Positions 1-8,085 of a stretch of 64,000 bases of DNA are shown piece after piece (positions within the stretch are counted from its first letter, which is position 1; each line of letters begins with the position of its first letter). The DNA is from Gammaproteobacteria bacterium (GTDB lineage: Bacteria; Pseudomonadota; Gammaproteobacteria; Ga0077536). The stretch is taken from contig SHZJ01000017.1 in assembly GCA_009692365.1 (NCBI GenBank), forward strand, positions 6,771 through 70,770, written 5' to 3'. A model generated the notes under the pieces. It ran no database searches, was not told the origin of the DNA, and saw only the letters and a program-made list of their open reading frames with translations. A program made the position numbers and the translations under genes.

Positions 1-135
1 GCCTGCCACGGCAGCGTGCGCGCAGGCCGGTGCCGGCCGGGCGTCGAGGCGGCTGGCTAAAAATATTTGAGCCGGCGCACCCACTCTCGCCGTGCGCGGG
101 GCTTGCGCACGCGCGGCAGCGCGGCGTCTGGGGCT

Positions 136-1455
136 TCAACCGCCGGCGAGATCGTCGTCTAGACCCACCGCTACTGGCAGCCGCGTCACCATCACTTTGT
201 CGATGCGCGGGCCATCCATATCCACGACTTCAAATTCATAGCCGTCCAGACGCACGCGTTCGCCTTCCTCGGGTAGCCGCTCCAGCCGCCACAGCAGAAA
301 GCCCGCTAGGCTATCGAAGTTACGCTCCGCGGGCAGCGACACCAGGCCCAGTCGGTCGGAGACGACATCAATCAGCATCCCGCCGTCGATCAGCCAAGAC
401 CCTGCTTCGCGGGCGCACATCGTGGGCGTCGCCGGGTTAGCCTCGCCCAGATCGCCGATGATGGCTTTCAGAATATCCGCCACCGTCACGATCCCGGCCA
501 CCTGATCGAACTCGTCCACCACAAAAAGCATATGCGCGGTGGTGTTACGCAAACGCTCCAAGGCCTCGGTGGCCGGCAGGTCCAGCCCCACCCGCGGCGG
601 ATGGAACAAAATTGACGCGAAGTCCTCATCCTTTTCCTGCAGGCGTAAGCCCAGCAGATCGCGGGTCTGCAGCAGCCCCACGACGTGCCCCGGGTCGCCC
701 CTCACCGCAATTAACCGGGTGTGTTGGGTGGCCGCCACCGCCCGCCACACAGCAGCGCTCGGCAGCGCTAAGTCCACGACCGTCAAGGCGTCGAGCTCGG
801 TCATGATGAGTTCGACCCGGCGGTCCGCCAAGCGCATCACACCACTCAACATTTCCTTTTCAATTTGCTTGAGTACACCGGCCCGGGCGCCTTCGTTGAT
901 GGCCGCGCGGACCTCTTCTTCGGTAATGGAGGGCGAATTATTGCCCATGGATCCCGCCAGCCTCAGCACGAAGCGCGAGGCCACATTCAGCATCCGCACG
1001 GCCGGCCGCGCAAGACGTAATAACCAGCGCAAAACCGGGGCCACGATCACGGCGATCCGTTCGGGATCGCGCAGCGCCAGCTGCTTTGGCACTAGCTCGC
1101 CGATCACTATCGAGAGCAGCGTGATGGTCACCACCACCAAGGCCATGGCCGCCGCCTCACCGCGCGGGGCGATCCACGCGTAGTGGTTCAAAATTTCGCC
1201 CACCCCTGCCGCCAACGTCGCGCCCCCTACCGCCCCGGTGAGCACGCCGATAAGCGTGATCCCGATTTGCACGGTGGAAAGGAAACTGCCGGGATCTTCT
1301 ATCAGTCCAAGCGCCACGCGCGCACCACGGGAACCGCGGTCGGCCAGCAGCTTTAAACGAGGTTTGCTCGAGGACACCACAGCCAGCTCTGACATCGACA
1401 GCATGCCGTTGAGCACGATCAGCAGGACCACCACCGCGGCTTGCAGCCAAATCAT
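136..1455 (-). CDS. CNNM/TlyC/CorC-family membrane protein (DUF21 transmembrane region, CBS pair, CorC_HlyC C-terminal domain); hemolysin-like / putative divalent-cation efflux
   Basis: 439-aa ORF. N-terminal multi-TM segment (MIWLQAAVVVLLIVLNGMLSMSELA...) and internal hydrophobic stretches, then a CBS-like region and a C-terminal transporter-associated domain, typical of YtfL/TlyC-type proteins. Confidence 0.75.
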   Translation of the reverse strand: MIWLQAAVVVLLIVLNGMLSMSELAVVSSSKPRLKLLADRGSRGARVALGLIEDPGSFLSTVQIGITLIGVLTGAVGGATLAAGVGEILNHYAWIAPRGEAAAMALVVVTITLLSIVIGELVPKQLALRDPERIAVIVAPVLRWLLRLARPAVRMLNVASRFVLRLAGSMGNNSPSITEEEVRAAINEGARAGVLKQIEKEMLSGVMRLADRRVELIMTELDALTVVDLALPSAAVWRAVAATQHTRLIAVRGDPGHVVGLLQTRDLLGLRLQEKDEDFASILFHPPRVGLDLPATEALERLRNTTAHMLFVVDEFDQVAGIVTVADILKAIIGDLGEANPATPTMCAREAGSWLIDGGMLIDVVSDRLGLVSLPAERNFDSLAGFLLWRLERLPEEGERVRLDGYEFEVVDMDGPRIDKVMVTRLPVAVGLDDDLAGG

Positions 1456-1491
1456 CCGCCGTCCTCACTCGATCTCAGCGCCATCGCGGCT

Positions 1492-2460
1492 TCAAGCCAT
1501 GGCCAGATGCGCGCGATGCACCGCTGCCGCCAGTTGGTAGCACAGCGCCAAGGTCGGCAGCTCCAACTGACAACTGCGCGCCAGCGCCAAGGCGTAGCCG
1601 GCCGTTTCTTCTACTTCCAGTGGTCGTCCGCGCTCCACATCTTGCAGGGTGGACATCCGGTGCGCCGGCGCGCTCGCCGCAAAACTAGCACCCAACTGCT
1701 GGACCACTGCCACTGCGGCGTCTTCGCTGCCGGCCATCAGCTGCAGCGCTGGTACCGGGGACTGGTCGCGCAGACCGATACCCTGGGCCGCCGCTAAGGC
1801 CCCCATCTCGCGGGTGATGCGCGCCACCACGCGCGCGCTGTCGGGGTCGCTGAGAAACACTACCGTGCGCTGGCGGGTTAGCACCGCCATTAGCATCAGT
1901 GCTACCCAACCCACGTACTTCGACCAGACGACCTCGGTGATGGCGGGAGCGACTTGGCAGACGATGCCGGCCGCGTCCACCGCGCTCACTAGGGCCGCCA
2001 CGCGGGGGGCTTGCGCCGGCGTCATGGCACCCAGATGCAGGCAGACATTGCGGGTGAACGTTACCGTACCCTCAGCGCCTAACTCGCCGCTGAAATCCGC
2101 CATGGCACCCACCACGCACGCCGCCCCAAAGACCTGCGCCAAGGCCGCCTCTTTCATCACGCCGTTCTGCACCGAAAACGCCACCTTGGGCGCTAGCTGC
2201 GCAAAGGGCGCGAGTGCTGCCGCGGTGTCGTAGGTCTTGACGGTATTGATGAAGACATCGCAGGCAGTGACGAGGCTGGGGTTGGTTTGCGGCGCGCACG
2301 GCACCGCCAGTTGGCACAGGCCGTCGAGACGCAGCCCCTGCGCGGCCAGCGCCTGGGCTCGTGCGCCACGGGCCACCAGCGTCACCGAATGCTGGGCCTG
2401 CAGGAGATGCGCGGCGAGAATGCTGCCCAGCGCCCCCCCACCCAGAATGACGAAATGCAT
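1492..2460 (-). CDS. 2-dehydropantoate 2-reductase family (ketopantoate reductase, ApbA/PanE-like NAD(P)-binding Rossmann protein)
   Basis: Start moved to internal MHFVILGGGALGS (GxGxxG dinucleotide fold at the N-terminus); the listed ORF extends 20 codons further upstream. Overall ApbA/PanE-like architecture. Confidence 0.7.
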   Translation of the reverse strand: MHFVILGGGALGSILAAHLLQAQHSVTLVARGARAQALAAQGLRLDGLCQLAVPCAPQTNPSLVTACDVFINTVKTYDTAAALAPFAQLAPKVAFSVQNGVMKEAALAQVFGAACVVGAMADFSGELGAEGTVTFTRNVCLHLGAMTPAQAPRVAALVSAVDAAGIVCQVAPAITEVVWSKYVGWVALMLMAVLTRQRTVVFLSDPDSARVVARITREMGALAAAQGIGLRDQSPVPALQLMAGSEDAAVAVVQQLGASFAASAPAHRMSTLQDVERGRPLEVEETAGYALALARSCQLELPTLALCYQLAAAVHRAHLAMA

Positions 2461-2558
2461 GCCTAGACCTTTGAAGATTTCTGCGCCAGTCGGACTCACT
2501 ATACGCGAGGCCGTCCGCATGTTGATAAACTCACCCGCACGCCCGTAGGATCCTGTCC

Positions 2559-4658
2559 ATGAATCTTCCGGCCGATCTTCATCACAGCGCCTGCCCGCAC
2601 GACTGCCCGTCGACCTGCGCGCTCCTCATCGAGCGCTTGGACAGCCAGCATATCGGCCGGGTGCGGGGCGCCCCAGATAACAGCTACACCGCCGGCGTCA
2701 TTTGCAGCAAGGTGGCGCGTTATGCCGAACGGGTGCACCACCCCGACCGTTTGTTGTATCCGCTCAAGCGCACCGGCCCACGCGGCAGCGGGCAGTTTGC
2801 CCGCCTCGGTTGGGATGAAGCCTTGGACGAAGTGGCCGCCCGCTTACTGGCGGCCGAGCAACGCTACGGCTCCGAAACCGTGTGGCCGTACTTCTACGCC
2901 GGCACGATGGGGCTGGTGATGCGCGATGGCATCAATCGTTTACGCCACGCCAAGCGCTACTCGGGCCAGCACTCCACTATTTGCACCACGCTGGCGATGG
3001 CCGGCTACCTAGCGGGTACCGGCCGCTTGGCGGGCAGCGACCCGCGCGAAATGGCGGACAGCGATGTCGTGGTGATTTGGGGTACCAACGCCGCCGCCAC
3101 CCAGATAAATGTCATGACCCACGCCTTGCGCGCCCGCCGCGAGCGCGGCGCCAAAATCGTGGTCATCGACACCTACCGTAACGCGACCGCCAAACAGGCC
3201 GATGTGTTTTTGTGCGTGAAGCCTGGGACCGACGCCGCGTTGGCCTGCGGTGTGATGCACCTGTTGTTCGCGGCAGGACTGGCCAACCGCGACTACCTCG
3301 CTCGCCACACCCGTGGGGCGGCGGCGCTAGAAGCGCATCTGGTCAGCCGCACGCCGGCTTGGGCCAGCGCCATCTGCGGGGTGAGCGTGGCCGATATCGG
3401 CCACTTTGCCCAGTTGATCGGTACCCATCCAAGGAGCTTTTTCCGGCTGGGTTATGGCTTTGCCCGCCAGCGCAACGGCGCGGTCAGCATGCACGCGGCG
3501 GCTTGCATCCCGGCGGTAACCGGCGCCTGGGAACATCGTGGCGGTGGTGCCTTCCACAATAACGGCGCGATCTTTCACTGGGACCGCACTTTGATCGACG
3601 GTCTCGACGTCCGCGACCCCACGGTGCGTTTGTTGGACCAGTCACGGATCGGCCCGGTGCTCACCGGCGACCCGCGCGATCTGGGTGACGGCCCGCCCGT
3701 GACGGCCCTGCTGATCCAAAACACCAACCCCATGGCGGTCGCACCAGATCTCAACTTGGTCCACCGCGGTTTTGCGCGCGCCGATCTCTTTACCTGCGTG
3801 CATGAGCAATTTATGACCGAGACCGCGGCCATGGCCGACATCGTTTTGCCGGCCACCATGTTCGTCGAGCACGACGACCTCTATCAAGCGGGCGGGCAGC
3901 AGCACATCCAGTTTGGCGCGAAAATCATCGAGCCGCCGGGTGAATGCCGCAGCAATCACGAGCTTATTTGTGCCCTAGCGCAACGGCTCGGCGCCGAACA
4001 TCGCGGCTTTGCGTTAAACCCCCGCGAAATCATCGATTGGACCCTGCGCCATTCTGGCTGGGGAGAACTCGCCGCGCTGGAGGCCGCGCGCTGGATCGAT
4101 GCCCAACCGGCCTTCGAAACCGCGCACTTTTTGGAGGGTTTTGGGCACGCGGATAAAAAATTCCATTTCGACCCAGACTGGACGTCCCTCGGGCCCAACA
4201 ACTTCGGGTCGGGCGTGACGCCGCCGCCGCTCCCCGACTACTGGCCGGTGATCGAAACAGCCACCGCGGACCATCCCTTCCGCCTAGTCACCGCGCCGGC
4301 GCCGCATTTTCTGAATTCCAGCTTTACCGAATCCCCCACCTCGCGGCACCGCTCGGGGCGCCCGACGGTCATGGTGCATCCCCTCGACGCAGCCCGGCTC
4401 GACATCCGCGCCGGCACGCTGGTGCAGTTGAGCAACCCCCGGGGCACGGTGCTCCTGCACGCGGTGTTGTTCGATGGCCTGCAGCAGGGCGTCTTGATAG
4501 TTGAGAGTATTTGGCCGAACGCAGCGTTTGCCGGCGGCATCGGGATCAACGCACTCACGGGTGCCGACCCCGGGGCCCCCATCGGGGGGGCCGCGTTTCA
4601 CGATAGTCGAGTGGCGCTGAGTGTCGCCGCAGCGTCTTCACAGCCCTTGTCATCCTGA
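2559..4658 (+). CDS. Molybdopterin-dependent oxidoreductase (MopB superfamily, bis-MGD catalytic subunit) with N-terminal 4Fe-4S Cys cluster
   Basis: 699 aa. N-terminal CPHDCPSTCAL motif (CxxCxxxC, the MopB Fe-S domain), a large molybdopterin-binding body and a C-terminal MGD-binding beta-barrel region. Confidence 0.75.
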   Translation: MNLPADLHHSACPHDCPSTCALLIERLDSQHIGRVRGAPDNSYTAGVICSKVARYAERVHHPDRLLYPLKRTGPRGSGQFARLGWDEALDEVAARLLAAEQRYGSETVWPYFYAGTMGLVMRDGINRLRHAKRYSGQHSTICTTLAMAGYLAGTGRLAGSDPREMADSDVVVIWGTNAAATQINVMTHALRARRERGAKIVVIDTYRNATAKQADVFLCVKPGTDAALACGVMHLLFAAGLANRDYLARHTRGAAALEAHLVSRTPAWASAICGVSVADIGHFAQLIGTHPRSFFRLGYGFARQRNGAVSMHAAACIPAVTGAWEHRGGGAFHNNGAIFHWDRTLIDGLDVRDPTVRLLDQSRIGPVLTGDPRDLGDGPPVTALLIQNTNPMAVAPDLNLVHRGFARADLFTCVHEQFMTETAAMADIVLPATMFVEHDDLYQAGGQQHIQFGAKIIEPPGECRSNHELICALAQRLGAEHRGFALNPREIIDWTLRHSGWGELAALEAARWIDAQPAFETAHFLEGFGHADKKFHFDPDWTSLGPNNFGSGVTPPPLPDYWPVIETATADHPFRLVTAPAPHFLNSSFTESPTSRHRSGRPTVMVHPLDAARLDIRAGTLVQLSNPRGTVLLHAVLFDGLQQGVLIVESIWPNAAFAGGIGINALTGADPGAPIGGAAFHDSRVALSVAAASSQPLSS

Positions 4659-4685
4659 GGCCAGAAGGCCCAGACTCGGGGTCAC

Positions 4686-5843
4686 TTGCGGGATTTTTCG
4701 ATGCAAAAAGCTGAACAACTCCTCCTTGCAGATCGGCTGCTGGATTACATCGAGCGGCAGACTTTGCAGCTGAGCGACGAGGTCTACCGCCAACCGGTCG
4801 CCGAGTACACCGACCGCGCGCAGGCCGCGCGCGAGCACACGGTGTTGTTTCGCAGCCAACCGCTGTGCGTGGGCCTGAGTGGGGACCTGCCCGCGCCCGG
4901 GCATTACGCCACCCACGACGCCGCCGGTCTCCCACTGTTGCTGACGCGGCAGGAGGATGGCGAATTTCGGGCCTATCTGAACGTTTGCCGTCATCGGGGG
5001 GCGCGGGTCGCCGAAGGGGCGGGCGCGGGGCGCGGCTTCGTTTGCCCCTACCACGCTTGGCGTTACGGACTGGACGGTCGCCTCATCGGGCGCCCGGAAG
5101 ACGCGGCGTTCGCCGAGTGTGACCGCGCTGATCACGCCCTGACACCGCTCGCCGCCGCCGAGCGCGCAGGGCTGCTGTGGGTCCAGCCCACCCCCGGCCA
5201 GCCGCTGATGTTCAGCACCCACTTAGCCGCCTTGGAAGATGAACTCGCGGGCTACCAGCTCGCGCACTTCCAACCCTTTGGCACCCGAACCCTGCGCCGT
5301 GCGCTCAACTGGAAACTCGCGCTGGACACCTTCCTGGAGTCCTACCACTTCTGCGTGCTGCACAAAGACTCCATCTGCGCGACTTTTCATCACAATCTGG
5401 CGACGTTCGACAGCTACGGCTCACATTTCCGCTTGGTCACGCCCCGCCGTACCATCGCCGAACTGCGTCAGCTACCTCGGGAGGACTGGCAGGTACTGCC
5501 ACATGTGGTGGTGATTTATGTCCTGTTTCCGAACACGGTACTGGTGTGGCAAGGCGCGCAGGTGGAGCTGTGGCAAATTTTTCCCGACGCCGCAGACCCG
5601 ACGCGCTCGTTGCTCCAACTGACCCTCTACACGCCCACGTCGACCATCACCGAGAAAGCGCGAGCACATTGGCAGCGCAATCTCGACCTCGTGCTGCACG
5701 TCGTGGAGAACGAGGACTTCCCCGTGGGCGAAGGCATTCAACGTGGCTTTGCCGCGGGTGCACAGTCGCACATCGTGTTCGGACTAAACGAAGCAGCGCT
5801 GGCGCATTTTCACCAGTCCGTGAGCGCGGCCACCGGCTCATGA
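4686..5843 (+). CDS. Rieske (2Fe-2S) ring-hydroxylating oxygenase alpha subunit (short, alpha-only type)
   Basis: CRHRGARV ... CPYHAWRY is a Rieske CxH-X(15-17)-CxxH motif. The C-terminal catalytic domain has conserved His/Asp residues. Only 28 bp separate it from the molybdoenzyme gene. Confidence 0.8.
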   Translation: MRDFSMQKAEQLLLADRLLDYIERQTLQLSDEVYRQPVAEYTDRAQAAREHTVLFRSQPLCVGLSGDLPAPGHYATHDAAGLPLLLTRQEDGEFRAYLNVCRHRGARVAEGAGAGRGFVCPYHAWRYGLDGRLIGRPEDAAFAECDRADHALTPLAAAERAGLLWVQPTPGQPLMFSTHLAALEDELAGYQLAHFQPFGTRTLRRALNWKLALDTFLESYHFCVLHKDSICATFHHNLATFDSYGSHFRLVTPRRTIAELRQLPREDWQVLPHVVVIYVLFPNTVLVWQGAQVELWQIFPDAADPTRSLLQLTLYTPTSTITEKARAHWQRNLDLVLHVVENEDFPVGEGIQRGFAAGAQSHIVFGLNEAALAHFHQSVSAATGS

Positions 5844-5927
5844 CCGCACCGTTGCCCCAGACTCAAGCCCCAGGGGTCGCGAGTTCCGCCGCGCGGCCGT
5901 TAATCTTAATTTATCGAAGCCCCGTTA

Positions 5928-8054
5928 ATGCACCGCTCTGACCTACCCTTGGTACTGGTTGTCGACGACGACCCCACGGTGCGCTTCCTAGCCCATGAGG
6001 CGCTCGCGCATCGCGGTTTTAAAGTTGTGGAAGGTGAAAACGGGGCCGACGCCCTGCGCTTGGTGCAGGAACTGAGTCCCGATGTCATTTTGCTGGATGT
6101 CATGATGCCGAAAATGGACGGCTTTACGGCCTGCTCCCGCTTGCGGGTGTTACCCGAAGGGCAGCACATCCCGGTGCTCATGATGACCGGGTTGGAGGAC
6201 GTGGCGTCCATCCAGCATGCCTACCAAGTCGGTGCCACAGACTTCATTACGAAGCCCATCAACTTTGGCCTGCTTGAATTTCGCTTGCAGTACATGCTGC
6301 GCGCCAAAATGGTGGCGGCGGATCTGCGCCACAGCGAGGCCCAGCTCCACAACGCGCAGCGGCTGGCCCGAATGGGCCACTTCGTGGTGGACCCCGCAGG
6401 TGGCTTTAGCGTTTGGAACGAGCAAATACAGACGCTGTTGGGACTCTCCCTCGACCGCTGGATTAGCCGAGTCGACGACCTCTTGGCGCATGTCCACCCG
6501 GAGGATCGGGCTCTGGTGAGCGCGGCACTGCGGGTCGAAAACGCCGTGAACGACGCGGCCCCGGTGGAATACCGAATCGTGCTGGCGAACGCCGAAGTGC
6601 GGATCATCCTGCAGCACAGCGGGATCGAGTCCACCGCCACCGGCAAGCAACTGGTAGGGACGATGCAGGACATCAGCCAGCAACGCCTCGCGGAGCGCAC
6701 CATCCATCAATTGGCTCACTATGACCGAATCACCGGCTTGCCCAATCGCAACCTCATCGAGCAACGCTTATTCGAGATCCTCCAACGCGCAACGCTAGAG
6801 GGCAGCAACATCAGCGTACTGTCCATCGATTTAGACCATTTCCAGCGCGTAAACGACCACCTTGGACAAGAGGCTGGCAATGAATTGCTGCGCGCCGTGG
6901 CGCAACGGCTGGTCCGCTGCGTGCGCTTAGCCACGACAGGCTATCCCGTTGCGCCCATAGAACTGGTCTCGAGCCGGGGCGGCGATGAGTTCTACGTACT
7001 GCTGCCTTGCGCCCTAGATCCGGCGGCAGTGAGTGATTTTTGCGAGGGCATCCATGCGGCGCTGAAACCTGCTTTCTATCTACAGGCAGACGAGTGGCTA
7101 ACGACCGCGAGCATTGGGGTGGCGTCATTCCCGGACGATGGACGCGCCGCCGAAGAACTCCTACGTAACGCGGACGTCGCCCTCAAGCAGGTGAAGCAGC
7201 TAGGCCGGGACGGCACGCAACGTTTCACGCCCTCGATGAACACCCGCGCCCAAGCCTTGTTGCTCATGGAAAACAACCTGCGGCATGCCCTGGGCAGCAG
7301 TCAACTCACCCTCCACTACCAGCCGAAGATCGATGCCGTGAGCGGCGTCGTGACGGGCGTGGAGGCGCTCGCGCGCTGGCAACACCCCACGCAGGGTCAT
7401 ATTCCCCCGGGGGATTTCATCCCGGTGGCCGAAAGCTCGGGCCTCATTCTTCCGCTTGGCCTGTGGATCCTCGGCGAAGCCACCCGCCAAACGGCCCTCT
7501 GGTCCCGTAATGGGCTCCGCAACCTCACCTGCGCGGTGAATGTTTCGACCGTGCAGTTAAGGCAACCAGATTTTTGCGCCAGCGTTGCACTCGCCCTAGC
7601 CACGAGTGGCTTGCCGGCCAAACAACTGCAGCTAGAGCTCACGGAAAGCTTGCTGATGGAAAATGTGATACAGGCGCGCGAAATTGTCGACCAATTGAAA
7701 GCCCTCGGCGTGACGCTCGCGATCGACGACTTCGGCACCGGCTACTCCTCGCTCAGTTATCTCAAACAGCTCCCAATCGATGTGCTCAAAATTGATCGCT
7801 CGTTCGTGAGCGAACTGGGTGAGAGCGGGAACGACGGCGCGATTGTGGCCGCGGTGATCGCCATGGGCCATAGCTTGGGGCTTAAAATCGTGGCAGAAGG
7901 GGTGGAGACCGACGTCCAGTTGGCCGCGCTCTGCCAACTGGGCTGTGATGAAATTCAAGGCTATTTCTGCAGTCGTCCGCTGCCCGCGGACGATTTTTCC
8001 CGCTGGGCACGGGCGCGCCAAGTCGCTGCAATAACGGCCCAAGCTGGAGGTTAA
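5928..8054 (+). CDS. Response regulator with REC-PAS-GGDEF-EAL architecture (c-di-GMP cyclase/phosphodiesterase)
   Basis: N-terminal receiver (LVLVVDDDPTVR ... DVILLDVMMPKMDGF), GGDEF-region motif (SRGGDEFYVLL), EAL motif (EALARWQHP) and C-terminal EAL-domain residues (DDFGTGYSSLSYL). Confidence 0.85.
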   Translation: MHRSDLPLVLVVDDDPTVRFLAHEALAHRGFKVVEGENGADALRLVQELSPDVILLDVMMPKMDGFTACSRLRVLPEGQHIPVLMMTGLEDVASIQHAYQVGATDFITKPINFGLLEFRLQYMLRAKMVAADLRHSEAQLHNAQRLARMGHFVVDPAGGFSVWNEQIQTLLGLSLDRWISRVDDLLAHVHPEDRALVSAALRVENAVNDAAPVEYRIVLANAEVRIILQHSGIESTATGKQLVGTMQDISQQRLAERTIHQLAHYDRITGLPNRNLIEQRLFEILQRATLEGSNISVLSIDLDHFQRVNDHLGQEAGNELLRAVAQRLVRCVRLATTGYPVAPIELVSSRGGDEFYVLLPCALDPAAVSDFCEGIHAALKPAFYLQADEWLTTASIGVASFPDDGRAAEELLRNADVALKQVKQLGRDGTQRFTPSMNTRAQALLLMENNLRHALGSSQLTLHYQPKIDAVSGVVTGVEALARWQHPTQGHIPPGDFIPVAESSGLILPLGLWILGEATRQTALWSRNGLRNLTCAVNVSTVQLRQPDFCASVALALATSGLPAKQLQLELTESLLMENVIQAREIVDQLKALGVTLAIDDFGTGYSSLSYLKQLPIDVLKIDRSFVSELGESGNDGAIVAAVIAMGHSLGLKIVAEGVETDVQLAALCQLGCDEIQGYFCSRPLPADDFSRWARARQVAAITAQAGG

Positions 8055-8085
8055 GCCAGTTCCCAGCCATCTCCTCAATCTTTGG

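Noticed and set aside
539-1183. 214-aa plus ORF and similar short ORFs throughout
   Set aside because: They are antisense to well-supported genes. Ser/Arg/Ala-rich compositions are typical of spurious ORFs in high-GC DNA.
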